Assembly: GCA_047150005.1 (NCBI GenBank)
Contig: AP038806.1
Span: forward strand, 3,936,001-4,000,000
DNA: 64,000 nucleotides
Reading direction: 5' to 3'
Origin: Nitrospira sp.
Lineage (GTDB): Bacteria > Nitrospirota > Nitrospiria > Nitrospirales > Nitrospiraceae
Under the pieces are notes generated by a model. It searched no databases and was not told the DNA's origin. It saw only the letters and a list, made by a program, of their open reading frames with translations. How positions within the stretch are numbered: the first letter of the stretch is position 1; each line of letters starts with the position of its first letter. This document shows positions 31,529-41,479 of this stretch, one piece after another. The translations under genes and the position numbers were made by a program.

Positions 31529-32497
31529 ATGCGCGACTATCTTGAATTTGAAAAGCCTCTCCGTGAAATCGAAGAAAAGATCGAAAAGTTGGTGACGTCC
31601 GGGAGCACCAAAGCCAGCCACCAGGAAGAAATCCGCAAATTGCGCATGAAGTTGGCCCAGGTCGAGCATGACCTCTACAGCCGGCTGACTCCCTGGCAGC
31701 GCACCCAGTTGGCCAGACATCCGCAACGACCCAGCACCCTTGATTATGTCAACGAGATGTTCCGTGATTTCCTGGAGTTCCACGGAGACCGGTCATTCGG
31801 CGACGACCGAGCCATCGTGGGAGGTTTCGCCCGATTCAACGATCGCTCCGTGATGGTCATCGGCCACCAAAAAGGCAAAACTCTCAAGGAACGGATGCAA
31901 CGAAATTTCGGCATGCCGAACCCGGAAGGGTACCGGAAGGCGTTGCGCCTCATGAAGATGGCCGAGAAATTCAACCGACCCATCGTCACCTTTATCGACA
32001 CCCCGGGTGCCTACCCCGGAATCGGTGCCGAGGAACGAGGGCAGGCCGAAGCGATTGCCAGAAACCTCCTGATCATGTCGAGGCTGACCGTCCCCATCGT
32101 CTCCGTCGTGATCGGAGAAGGCGGCAGCGGGGGCGCACTGGCCCTCGGCGTATCCGACCGGGTGCTCATGCTGGAACACGGCGTCTATTCAGTGATTTCT
32201 CCGGAGGGCTGCGCGGCTATTCTATGGGATGATCCGACCAAAGTACCCGATGCGGCGTCCGCGCTGAAAATGACGGCCCAGGATCTTGTCGGTCTCGGGA
32301 TCGTCGACGACATCATCCCGGAACCCCTTGGCGGTGCTCATCGAGAGCCGAAAGCGGTCACAGATCGGGTCGCCAAGGCGCTGACCAACTATCTCTTCCC
32401 GCTCACCGAGTGCTCCGTTCCGCAACTGCTGGCCGAACGCGAACAGAAGTACCGCCGCATCGGCGCCGTCAACGGGCTGGAAACCAAACCTTCATAG
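31529..32497 (+). CDS. accA: Acetyl-CoA carboxylase carboxyltransferase alpha subunit
   Basis: YLEFEKP, RNFGMPNPEGYRKA, DTPGAYPG, GEGGSGGALA. Confidence 0.97.
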   Translation: MRDYLEFEKPLREIEEKIEKLVTSGSTKASHQEEIRKLRMKLAQVEHDLYSRLTPWQRTQLARHPQRPSTLDYVNEMFRDFLEFHGDRSFGDDRAIVGGFARFNDRSVMVIGHQKGKTLKERMQRNFGMPNPEGYRKALRLMKMAEKFNRPIVTFIDTPGAYPGIGAEERGQAEAIARNLLIMSRLTVPIVSVVIGEGGSGGALALGVSDRVLMLEHGVYSVISPEGCAAILWDDPTKVPDAASALKMTAQDLVGLGIVDDIIPEPLGGAHREPKAVTDRVAKALTNYLFPLTECSVPQLLAEREQKYRRIGAVNGLETKPS

Positions 32498-32514
32498 GCT
32501 CTTTCGTCTCGACG

Positions 32515-32535
32515 AGGCCGCCGGAAAGGCGGCCT
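32515..32535. terminator. GC-rich hairpin between convergent genes
   Basis: AGGCCGCC-GGAAA-GGCGGCCT; U-tract weak. Confidence 0.45.
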
Positions 32536-32546
32536 TGGATGGTCTG

Positions 32547-33446
32547 CTAGACCAACCCCAGGACCGACCGGACTTTCGCCACGATGCGCCGCGAATAATG
32601 CATCATGTGGTTCATTTCCATTACCATCTCGACCAGCGAACGATTCATCAACTCCAGAGCCGGATACCTCCGTTTCCTGACGAACCCATGCTGGTAGTTC
32701 CTCTTGTCCCCGAATCCCAGCATCCGCTGATCTTCCTCCGACAGATGACCCAGGAATGCAGCATTAAGGATTAAGGGATGGTAGCGATAGTACTCGATGT
32801 CCTCGCGCTGCAACGCCACGGCCGGATCGTGATAATTGAGAAACACGGCCTGCCGGCTCTCCAGCACAGGCGTTGCCTGCCGATGAATGCCCGACGTATC
32901 GAACAGGAATGCCGACCCGGCCGATCCCGTCACCCGGACGATGCGATCGGGCGCAATGTCCACAAGTTCTCGGTCCGGAACCAGTCGCGGATGCTGTTTT
33001 CGATGACTCCCCTTGATATAGGAGAACGCACCGGATGAAACATCCGTCAGATAGAGCGCCAGCTTGATCTCCCGCGGAATGTTGGGATTCACGTGTTGGT
33101 CGTACCACGCATCTCCATGCCAGCCGTGAAAATCTTTCTTCGTCGGCAGTGACCGCCACCCCTTGGCTTCAACAAGTTGCACGCGCGGACCGATGTACTC
33201 GTGGAGGATCTGTTTGACCAATGGGTGCAGCGCGACATCCAGGAATCCCTGATCCACCGCCAGGACGTCTTGGATCATGTATCGAAACTTCTCCGTCCGT
33301 TCAAATCCCGGCACGTCGTTCCAGACCATACGCTGAAGCCTGGCAAGGAAGGCCTGCTGCATCGAGCGCAACTGCTCTGACGAGATGATCTCCGGTAGTT
33401 GGACAAGCCCGTCACGCTCCAGAATCGCCGTCAACTCATGCGCCAT
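32547..33446 (-). CDS. Phytanoyl-CoA dioxygenase (PhyH) family 2OG-Fe(II) oxygenase
   Basis: WHGD, LYLTDV...GAFSYIKGSH, FDTSGIHR...R. Confidence 0.82.
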   Translation of the reverse strand: MAHELTAILERDGLVQLPEIISSEQLRSMQQAFLARLQRMVWNDVPGFERTEKFRYMIQDVLAVDQGFLDVALHPLVKQILHEYIGPRVQLVEAKGWRSLPTKKDFHGWHGDAWYDQHVNPNIPREIKLALYLTDVSSGAFSYIKGSHRKQHPRLVPDRELVDIAPDRIVRVTGSAGSAFLFDTSGIHRQATPVLESRQAVFLNYHDPAVALQREDIEYYRYHPLILNAAFLGHLSEEDQRMLGFGDKRNYQHGFVRKRRYPALELMNRSLVEMVMEMNHMMHYSRRIVAKVRSVLGLV

Positions 33447-34644
33447 GTCCCACCTCACCTACGTCCGACATCGGGGCATCATACAGAGAAAGTGCATCCT
33501 CCACGCGGGTCTCGTGAGAGAACTGCGCGACCGCATCGACCCTGGCCGCACGGGAAATCTCGTTCTGGAGCGGTTCGCAATCTGCCAACGCCGAGATGTG
33601 GCGCGCCATCGAGGAATAATCACCGGCTGCGACCAAAAATCCGTTGTGCCCCGATCGCACGAACTCAGGGATACCGCCGACGCAACTGGCAATGACAGGC
33701 AGGCCGCTGGCCATGGCTTCAAGGATGACCAATCCGGCCGCCTCCTCCCAGAGCGACGGACACACCAGACAATCCGCAGCCTGCATGTAGCGACACACGT
33801 CGGAGCACAGTCCGAGAAAGACCGTCCGTTCGCCGATGTTCAACGATTCGGCCAACTGCTCCAGCCTTCCTCGCTCAGGGCCGTCGCCCGCGATCCAGAG
33901 AGAGACATACGGGGGGAGAAGCGCCAGCGCGCGCAACGCCGTATCCACTCCTTTCTCAGGAATGAGGTGCGCGACGACGAGCACGACAAATCGCTTCTCG
34001 CACCCCAACGAAGCCTTGACGACCTTCTTGGTCTCCGCATCCGGCTTGAAGCGATCGGTGTTGACAAAATGATAGTACCGACGCGGATTCTTCCATATGG
34101 CCTGGTTCAGGAGATCGGAGTGCACGTAGTTGCTGACCGCAAAGATGTCGGAATAGGCCGAGGCGAACCATTTGTGGCTCAATCGCTTCAGCACACTGGT
34201 CGATCGGACAAAGGAGCGAGGACGGGAGTTGTGATCCGTCAAGACATGCCTGATCTTCGGCCTAAGGAGTCTGAGAAGCGGCACGTATGGATTGATCGGA
34301 GGATACAGATTCCAATGAATGATATGGATACGATGATGATCGGCTAGACGAATCAATCCCGCCAGCGACGCAGCTCGAAATTTCCCCAAGTGGAGGGAGG
34401 CCACCGGGAGACCGGTATTGCGATATCTTGAGCCATGGCTCTCATCGGGCTCACGAGAGAAGACCGGGACCAACAAGCCTCCGCGGTTGGCCAATCCCTC
34501 CGACAAGAGAAAAATCTGCTCCTCCAAGGAGCCGAATTTCATGGACGGATTCAGATTGATCACATAGAGCACCCTGGCCGCGCAGCGAAGCGGTTCAATG
34601 AACCGTTCGCTCGCAGGGCGTTCACGATTGACGTTACCGCCCAT
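33436..34644 (-). CDS. Glycosyltransferase family 4
   Basis: HLIPEKG, PSLWEEAAGLVILEAMASGLPVIAS..GGIPE. Confidence 0.9.
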   Translation of the reverse strand: MGGNVNRERPASERFIEPLRCAARVLYVINLNPSMKFGSLEEQIFLLSEGLANRGGLLVPVFSREPDESHGSRYRNTGLPVASLHLGKFRAASLAGLIRLADHHRIHIIHWNLYPPINPYVPLLRLLRPKIRHVLTDHNSRPRSFVRSTSVLKRLSHKWFASAYSDIFAVSNYVHSDLLNQAIWKNPRRYYHFVNTDRFKPDAETKKVVKASLGCEKRFVVLVVAHLIPEKGVDTALRALALLPPYVSLWIAGDGPERGRLEQLAESLNIGERTVFLGLCSDVCRYMQAADCLVCPSLWEEAAGLVILEAMASGLPVIASCVGGIPEFVRSGHNGFLVAAGDYSSMARHISALADCEPLQNEISRAARVDAVAQFSHETRVEDALSLYDAPMSDVGEVGHGA

Positions 34645-34895
34645 TCGGCACCATTCCCATTGAGGTCAAGACAACACTCCCCCTCCTCCGGAAGGGTAAG
34701 CGAAGCATCCTGAAGAGTGACCCACTGGAACGGATTCAAACATCTCAGGATGAAAGTTTCAAGATAAAGATGAGAGGTACCCTTCTCCTGATGGGCTACC
34801 CTATGGAGCAGGGCTGTCCAGCTGAATGAGCCGGGTGGATTCGACGCGATCCCAACGGGTTATCCGCTCATTGTTCACGTCTTGGGAGGGGAACA

Positions 34896-35273
34896 TTAAT
34901 GCAGCATTTTTCGGCATTTTTCTTCGAGGATTCTCGGATCGATAGGCTTAGGCAAAAAGTCTCGTGCGCCGGCCTTGATCGCCTCAAGGGAGTCCTCCGG
35001 CTCTGCGGTGGCCGACATCATGATCACCGGGATCTGAGGATAGATCTTGCGCAGCTCCCGGAGCACCAACATCCCGTCCATGCCAGGCAGCCTCAGATCC
35101 AACAGCACGAGATGAACAGGAGAGCGATGGTGCTCAAGCGCCATGGTCGCTAACGTCGAGTATCCATCGGTCGTAAGGATTGTGTCATATCCCAGGGATT
35201 GGAGTCGGTCCTGAAGACTCTCGCCGATGCACCGGTCGTCCTCGACGATCATGACTCGCGCGGAGCTGCTCAC
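34896..35273 (-). CDS. Single-domain response regulator
   Basis: IVEDD, LLDLRLPGMDG, MSA, KP. Confidence 0.9.
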   Translation of the reverse strand: MSSSARVMIVEDDRCIGESLQDRLQSLGYDTILTTDGYSTLATMALEHHRSPVHLVLLDLRLPGMDGMLVLRELRKIYPQIPVIMMSATAEPEDSLEAIKAGARDFLPKPIDPRILEEKCRKMLH

Positions 35274-35392
35274 TCAGACTCCATGGGTCGCCGCCCGCAC
35301 CCTTTTTCCAAGTCTTCCGGAAGGACGTGATCGGCCTTGTCGCATGCGGCCGTCGATGACGTGACCATGACGGTTCCCTCCCTGTTGCCCGG

Positions 35393-35815
35393 TTATTTCC
35401 CCGGTGGGGCCAACGGTTCGGACTCCTCGTTGGCGGCCTGCGACTCCACGACCACGAGAGTCCCTCTCATCACCGGATGCAGTTCGCAATGGTAGGAGTA
35501 CCGGCCGGGCGGCAATGGTGCGATGGCAAAACTGTTCTCCGGCGGCACAGCCAGCGAACGAAAGACACACTGCCCGTCTTCCTTGAGACACTCATCATGG
35601 CGGATGCTGTGCGGCGACGCGGTCGCGTTGGACCACCGGACGGGCATTCCTGCCGACACGACCGCCAATTGCGGCTCATAGTAGGGAGCCGAAGACTCAA
35701 AGAGAATCTCGACAATCCCCGTATCACCGGGGCCGGTCCCTCCCATGGCCGGAGCCGGGCCGACAATCAGAAGTGTGCCGAACAGCATCGCCAGGTGTCG
35801 TCTGTGGCGGATCAT
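35393..35815 (-). CDS. Secreted cupredoxin (plastocyanin/amicyanin-like)
   Basis: Signal peptide; WSN...PHSI and YHCELHPVMRG type-1 copper ligands. Confidence 0.87.
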   Translation of the reverse strand: MIRHRRHLAMLFGTLLIVGPAPAMGGTGPGDTGIVEILFESSAPYYEPQLAVVSAGMPVRWSNATASPHSIRHDECLKEDGQCVFRSLAVPPENSFAIAPLPPGRYSYHCELHPVMRGTLVVVESQAANEESEPLAPPGK

Positions 35816-35971
35816 GGCTGATTCCCCTTCCATGCTTCCCACGGTGAAAGCCGCCGCATCGGCCGGAAACAGTCTATCTTCGAAGAAATAAAGTCTCGAT
35901 ATGTGAAGGATTCGAATCCTATAAAGAATGCATAAATGCGCCGGTTCGGCAGGAAGGGAGACGCGAAAGAA

Positions 35972-36676
35972 TCAGGAGGATGCGTCCCCGTCCGGGCAAA
36001 ACCGATACCCGACACCGGGGTCGGTGACGATGAAGCTGGGACGGGCGGGAATGAGCTCGATCTTCTTCCGTAGTTGACCGATAAACACCCGGAGATATTG
36101 TGCCTGGTCCGCGTATCCTTGGCCCCAGACCGCCTGAAGGATCATGCGATGGGTCAAGACCTTGCCCGCATGCTCGATGAGATACTTCAAGAGATCGTAT
36201 TCCGTCGGAGTCAGCTTCACCGTCTTGTCGTCGAGCAGGACCTCCCGTCGATCGAAATTCACACACATCCTGCCGGCCACGAACACCGGTCGGGCGCTAT
36301 GGGCTCCTGCCGCCCGCCTGAGCACCGACCGAATCCGAGCCAGCAGTTCCTCGGTCCCAAAGGGTTTCGTCATATAGTCGTCGGCGCCGGCTTCGAGCGC
36401 CTCAACCTTCCTGAACTCATCGCCGATCGCAGACAGCACGATGATCGGCACGGCGGCCGATTCGCGAATGCGCTGCGTCACCTCGACTCCTCCGATGCCG
36501 GGCAGGAGCAGATCCACGATCATGACATCGGGTCGCCGGTTGGTGAAAGAGCGCAAGGCTTCCTCGCCGCTCTCCGCCGTCTCGACCGCATAGCCCCTGT
36601 TCTGCAAATTGACCTGCAGCGACCGTCGGATTTGCGGTTCGTCGTCCACCACAAGAATGCGCGCTCCCTGAGCCAT
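35972..36676 (-). CDS. KdpE-like OmpR-family response regulator
   Basis: VVDDEPQIRR, GADDYMTKPF, LTPTEYDLL, YLRVFIGQLRKKIE, TDPGVGYRF. Confidence 0.92.
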   Translation of the reverse strand: MAQGARILVVDDEPQIRRSLQVNLQNRGYAVETAESGEEALRSFTNRRPDVMIVDLLLPGIGGVEVTQRIRESAAVPIIVLSAIGDEFRKVEALEAGADDYMTKPFGTEELLARIRSVLRRAAGAHSARPVFVAGRMCVNFDRREVLLDDKTVKLTPTEYDLLKYLIEHAGKVLTHRMILQAVWGQGYADQAQYLRVFIGQLRKKIELIPARPSFIVTDPGVGYRFCPDGDASS

Positions 36677-36691
36677 ACGACCTCCCCTGCT

Positions 36692-38092
36692 CTAGGTCTC
36701 CGTCGATCCTGAAGGTCCTCGGAGAACGTCCCTCGGCGTCGGCAGCGTAAACGCGATCGTCGTCCTTTTGTCGGACTCCGAGGTCGCGACGATCCGACCG
36801 CCGTGAGCCTCCACGATCGCCTTACAAATGGCCAGCCCAAGGCCGGTTCCCGGAATCCCGGCGCTCCGCGCGGAGTGCGCGCGATAGAATCGTTCGAAGA
36901 TCCTGGGCAACTCATCGGCCGGAATGCCGCCGCCGGTATTGGAGATCGACACTTCTATCGCGTCGCCCGCGACGGCCGCAGCCAGTCGAACCGAGGACGA
37001 AGGAGCAGAAAACTTCACGGCGTTCTCCAGCAAATTGATGAGTACCTGTTGGATCTGCACCCCATCGACGTACACCGGGGGAATATCGCTCGCAAGCTCG
37101 ACCTGCAACACGCGATCCTCAAGAAACGACCCGGCCACCCTGATTGCGCCCTCCGCCAACTCATCCAACACATGCCATTCGCGTCTGGGTGCCAGACTCC
37201 CGGCTTCCAGTCCGGACATATCGAGCAGGTTGCCGACGAAGCGATTCAGATGGTCCAACTGCTTGTCCATGCTGCGAAGAAACTCTTGTCGCACAGGCGA
37301 CGACTGCGTGCCGGGATCATCGTGGAGGCTGAACAGCATCGATTTGATCGCCGTCAACGGTGTCCGCAATTCATGGGAAACCGACGAGAGCAAGGCCGAC
37401 TTCATCGCGTCGCTTTGGCGCAGGGCTTCCACGATTTTGTTCTCGCTTCGTTTCAACGCCCTCTCTGCCTCCAGAAACCGCCAGATGAGCAGGGATGCCA
37501 CCGTCACCACCAGCAAGACCGTCCATATCTCCCATTGGATCAATGTCCGTGAACGTGCCTCGGAGTAGCGCGTCAGAAGTTCGACCGTCGCATTGGCCGT
37601 GTCCAAGAGGATAGCATTGTCCGCAAGCAACTCTTGCTGCGCGATCGCCCATTCGGGGGAGGTCGTATGGGTCTTGAGGAATCGATCCGCCTTGGCTTCA
37701 AAAGACTCCAACAGCCGGTGTTGCTCCAAGAGCCGCTCACGAATCTCGACGGACGGCGGTCCGGTCAGGGTCACAGGCTGCCGGTCGCGGTGCACAATCA
37801 TCGTCCCGCCGTTCAGCAGTGTGTCCAGTCGTTCCCCTAGCGTTCGGCGTGTCTGATCGTAGGTTGACGGAACCCCTTGCGCCGAGAGCAGGAGTTCCTT
37901 CATTTGCCGTTCGAGCAGCATCCTCTGGCGGCCGGCCAAGTCGACCAGCAACGCGTCCGAGTCGAGGCTCTGCAGAAACGTCATCGTCAGCGGGACAAAC
38001 GCAAGAAGCGTGATGATCAGCAACCCGAAGATGCCGGCGACGGTCCAATTGGCGGGGCGCGCATGGTCGATCACAGGAAGCGCGACGGCCAT
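36692..38092 (-). CDS. Sensor histidine kinase with PilJ/NarX-like periplasmic domain and KdpD-like transmitter
   Basis: Two TMs, DLAGRQRML, SVSHELRTPL, NLLENAVKF, GTGLGL; GGAGG before ATG 38092. Confidence 0.88.
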   Translation of the reverse strand: MAVALPVIDHARPANWTVAGIFGLLIITLLAFVPLTMTFLQSLDSDALLVDLAGRQRMLLERQMKELLLSAQGVPSTYDQTRRTLGERLDTLLNGGTMIVHRDRQPVTLTGPPSVEIRERLLEQHRLLESFEAKADRFLKTHTTSPEWAIAQQELLADNAILLDTANATVELLTRYSEARSRTLIQWEIWTVLLVVTVASLLIWRFLEAERALKRSENKIVEALRQSDAMKSALLSSVSHELRTPLTAIKSMLFSLHDDPGTQSSPVRQEFLRSMDKQLDHLNRFVGNLLDMSGLEAGSLAPRREWHVLDELAEGAIRVAGSFLEDRVLQVELASDIPPVYVDGVQIQQVLINLLENAVKFSAPSSSVRLAAAVAGDAIEVSISNTGGGIPADELPRIFERFYRAHSARSAGIPGTGLGLAICKAIVEAHGGRIVATSESDKRTTIAFTLPTPRDVLRGPSGSTET

Positions 38093-38247
38093 CCCGACCT
38101 CCAGAGTCACCATTGTAGCAGCGATATGGACGGTTCACCACGGCCGCTTGGAGCCGACGCATTCGCTGCACGGACTCCACAGCATGAGGAGCGATCCCGC
38201 GTGATGAGACGAGCGAAGAGGAGTATACTTGAGGACGGAGAGGCCCC

Positions 38248-39336
38248 ATGCGTCGTGTGCTTGTCCTGGGCGCCGGCAAAATCGGTTCGCTGATCACCTG
38301 CCTCTTGGCGGGACGTCAAGACTACGCCGTGTACCTCGGGGATATCACGCTGGACCGGCCCAAACGGCTTGTGGAAGACCTGGGACTCTCTCGAGTCACC
38401 CCGTATCTCCTCGACGCGCGCCATCCGGACAGTATCGGCACGTTTTTGGAGACACATCCTGTTGATGCCGTCATTTCCGGTCTCCCCTACTTCTGCAATC
38501 CTACCATCGCCGGGCTCGCTCGCACGCACGACTTGCATTACTTCGATCTGACCGAAGACGTCGAGGTCACCTGTCAGGTCAAATCTCTCAGCGCGGGAGC
38601 CGCACGGGCCTTCGTACCGCAATGCGGGCTGGCTCCCGGGTTCATCAGCATCGTGGCGCACGACCTGATGACCCATTTCGAGAGCCTGGACACGGTCAAG
38701 ATGCGGGTGGGAGCACTGCCCGTTCACCCCAGCAATGCGCTCAAGTATTCGCTCACCTGGTCCACCGACGGGTTGATCAACGAATACGGCAATCTCTGCT
38801 ATGGCATCGAGGAAGGCGAGCGGGTGCCGCTTCAACCTCTGGAAGGTTATGAAACCATCGAGCTCGACGGCTTGCTTTATGAAGCGTTCAACACCTCAGG
38901 CGGGTTGGGCGCTTTGGCCGACTCCTATGCCGGCAGGGTCCGCACCATGAACTACAAGACCCTCCGATATCCCGGGCACTGCGAGAAAATCCACCTCCTG
39001 ATGAAAGACCTCAAGCTGAACGAGGACCGCGACACGCTGAAGCGCGTGCTTGAGCGGGCCATCCCCCAAACTCTCCAGGATGTCGTCCTGATTTACGCCT
39101 CGGTGACGGGCACCAAGCAGGACGGGTTCTTCGAAGAGAGCTACGTCAAGAAAGTCTATCCGCAATGCATCATGGGAAGACCCTGGTCCGCCATCCAGGT
39201 CACCACGGCCTCCAGCGTCTGCTGCGTCGTCGATCTTGTCCTGCAGCACCCGGACGCCTACAGGGGATTCGTCACACAGGAATCCTTCAGCCTGCAGGAT
39301 TTTCTCGCCAACGACTTTGGAGCCTGTTTCCGGTGA
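38248..39336 (+). CDS. Saccharopine dehydrogenase family / lysine 6-dehydrogenase-like
   Basis: VLGAGKIG, YFDLTED, CGLAPG, VGALP, TWSTDGLINEY, EAFNTSGG, YKTLRYPGH. Confidence 0.88.
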   Translation: MRRVLVLGAGKIGSLITCLLAGRQDYAVYLGDITLDRPKRLVEDLGLSRVTPYLLDARHPDSIGTFLETHPVDAVISGLPYFCNPTIAGLARTHDLHYFDLTEDVEVTCQVKSLSAGAARAFVPQCGLAPGFISIVAHDLMTHFESLDTVKMRVGALPVHPSNALKYSLTWSTDGLINEYGNLCYGIEEGERVPLQPLEGYETIELDGLLYEAFNTSGGLGALADSYAGRVRTMNYKTLRYPGHCEKIHLLMKDLKLNEDRDTLKRVLERAIPQTLQDVVLIYASVTGTKQDGFFEESYVKKVYPQCIMGRPWSAIQVTTASSVCCVVDLVLQHPDAYRGFVTQESFSLQDFLANDFGACFR

Positions 39337-40868
39337 GCAGCGCGCAAGACACCCTCAGGGAACTGGGCATTCAGGGCACCAATGCCGGCGGCAGCACCGG
39401 AAGCGGCCGATGGTGCGGTCCAAGCAGCATGCCTCTGCTTCAATCGATGAACCCGACAACCGGCGATCCCGTTGCCGGCGTCCATCCCTGTACCCTTCCC
39501 GACTATGAACGCATTCTCAAGGACTCCCTTGACGCCTTCCAGCGGTGGCGGCTCGTTCCGGCTCCGAAACGTGGGGAGGTCGTCCGACAGATCGGTCAGA
39601 TTTTGCGGGAAAAGAAAGATCCGCTGGGAACGCTCGTGTCCCTGGAGACGGGAAAGATCAAGGCGGAAGGCGAGGGCGAAGTCCAGGAGATGATCGACAT
39701 GGCCGACCTGGCCGTCGGACAGTCGCGCATGCTCTACGGAGCGACGATGCCTTCCGAGCGACCGGCCCATCGACTGTCCGAGCAATGGCATCCTCTGGGG
39801 CCTGTGGGAGTCATTACCGCGTTCAATTTTCCCGTCGCCGTGTGGGCATGGAACGCCTTCCTGGCGGCCATTGCCGGGGATACGGTGGTCTGGAAGCCTT
39901 CTCCGAAGGCCCCGCTCTGCGCCATCGCCGTGCAGCACATCTGTAACCGAGTCATGGAACAACAGGGCCTCTCCGGGGTTTTTTCGCTGTTCATCACCGA
40001 TCAGCAGCCTCTCGCCGAGACCATGGTGCAGGATCGTCGTCTGCCGCTGATCTCCTTCACCGGCTCCGTCACGGTCGGACGACAAGTGGCCTCCATGGTC
40101 GGCCAACGGCTGGGCCGGACTCTGCTGGAGCTTAGCGGCAACAACGCGGTCATCGTCGACGAGACGGCCGATCTCGACATGGCCACGCGTGCGATTGTCT
40201 TCGGGGCGGTGGGGACGGCGGGACAGCGATGCACCACCACCCGGCGGGTGTTTGTGCACGAGGCGCGGGCGGACGAGCTGACCGGCAAACTGATCAAGGC
40301 ATACAGCCAGATCCTCATCGGCAATCCGCTGGAGCCGAACGTGTTGATGGGCCCGTTGATCGATCAAGCCGCCGTTGAGAGCTACCGCCAGGCGATCGAG
40401 GAGATCAAGACCGAAGGAGGGCAAATCCTTTATGGCGGCAAAGTCCTGCCTCGCGCCGGTTATTTTGTCGAGCCGACCATCGTCCGTGCACACAAGCAAT
40501 GGCCGGTGGTTCAACGCGAGACCTTTGCACCGATCTTGTACGTGATGCCGTTTCACACGCTCGATCAGGCCATCGAACTGCAGAACAGCGTCCCTCAGGG
40601 ACTCTCGTCCGCCATGTTCACCACTAATCTGCGCCATAGCGAGCGGTTTCTCTCGGCCGCCGGCAGCGATTGCGGCATTGCCAACATCAATATCGGCACA
40701 TCAGGCGCGGAAATCGGCGGGGCGTTCGGGGGCGAAAAAGAGACCGGGGGCGGCCGGGAAGCAGGGTCCGATGCCTGGAAAGCCTATATGCGACGGCAGA
40801 CCAACACGGTGAACTGGGGCACCGACCTTCCGCTTGCGCAAGGAATCAAGTTTGGCTCGTCCTCCTGA
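39333..40868 (+). CDS. ALDH7-family aldehyde dehydrogenase (alpha-aminoadipic semialdehyde/P6C dehydrogenase-like)
   Basis: AFNFPVAVWAWN, LELSGNN, GTAGQRCTT, GAEIGGAFGGEKETGGGRE, LPLAQGIKF; GTGA overlap. Confidence 0.92.
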   Translation: MSSAQDTLRELGIQGTNAGGSTGSGRWCGPSSMPLLQSMNPTTGDPVAGVHPCTLPDYERILKDSLDAFQRWRLVPAPKRGEVVRQIGQILREKKDPLGTLVSLETGKIKAEGEGEVQEMIDMADLAVGQSRMLYGATMPSERPAHRLSEQWHPLGPVGVITAFNFPVAVWAWNAFLAAIAGDTVVWKPSPKAPLCAIAVQHICNRVMEQQGLSGVFSLFITDQQPLAETMVQDRRLPLISFTGSVTVGRQVASMVGQRLGRTLLELSGNNAVIVDETADLDMATRAIVFGAVGTAGQRCTTTRRVFVHEARADELTGKLIKAYSQILIGNPLEPNVLMGPLIDQAAVESYRQAIEEIKTEGGQILYGGKVLPRAGYFVEPTIVRAHKQWPVVQRETFAPILYVMPFHTLDQAIELQNSVPQGLSSAMFTTNLRHSERFLSAAGSDCGIANINIGTSGAEIGGAFGGEKETGGGREAGSDAWKAYMRRQTNTVNWGTDLPLAQGIKFGSSS

Positions 40869-40882
40869 CTGAAGAGGTACGT

Positions 40883-41479
40883 ATGGATCAGAATCTTGAA
40901 CTGGACCGCCTGCTGGAAAAGATGGTCGCGGAATACCTGGAGCGCAACGGGGCGGCTGCGACTCTGAAGCGGATGCTGGATCAGGTCGGCGTCGGGTTTA
41001 CGCCGGTCATCGATCACCTCACGCTCCGTACCAAGGACATCGATCGACGGGCAAAGCCGTTCGTGGCTCTCGGCTATGCCTATGACGAAACGCTCGAATT
41101 CGACGACTGGTACGCCAAGGTCTACCGAAAGAACGGCTACCCGGCGCTCTTCATTGATCAGGCCTATCCCGACGGTCGCGGGAAGACCAGCATTATTCCT
41201 GGGTGGGTGGAGCAGTTTGGAGATGAACATTTTCACCATATCGCCGTGAGGGTCGAAGACATCGAAATCGCCATCGAACGGCTGAAAGGCCAAGGCATCG
41301 TCTTCGCGGGGAAGATCGTCGGAGCGCAGGGAGACCAGCTACGTCAGATTTTCTCGGCGCCTGAAATGGTAGGCGGTCATCCGTTTTCAGTCCTGGAGCT
41401 GGCGGAACGCCATCGTGGTTATCGGGGCTTCCTGCCCCCGCAAGCGGACAGTTTGATGAAATCCTCCGCCGGCCGGTAA
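40883..41479 (+). CDS. VOC-fold protein, DUF1338/HglS-like
   Basis: DHLTLRT, HHIAVRV, LRQIFS, ELAER...GF...ADSLMKSS; GAGG before ATG 40883. Confidence 0.75.
   Translation: MDQNLELDRLLEKMVAEYLERNGAAATLKRMLDQVGVGFTPVIDHLTLRTKDIDRRAKPFVALGYAYDETLEFDDWYAKVYRKNGYPALFIDQAYPDGRGKTSIIPGWVEQFGDEHFHHIAVRVEDIEIAIERLKGQGIVFAGKIVGAQGDQLRQIFSAPEMVGGHPFSVLELAERHRGYRGFLPPQADSLMKSSAGR

Noticed and set aside
35972..38092. Calling the two-component pair kdpDE
   Set aside because: The kinase lacks the KdpD N-terminal, Usp and 4-TM domains, and no kdpABC is nearby
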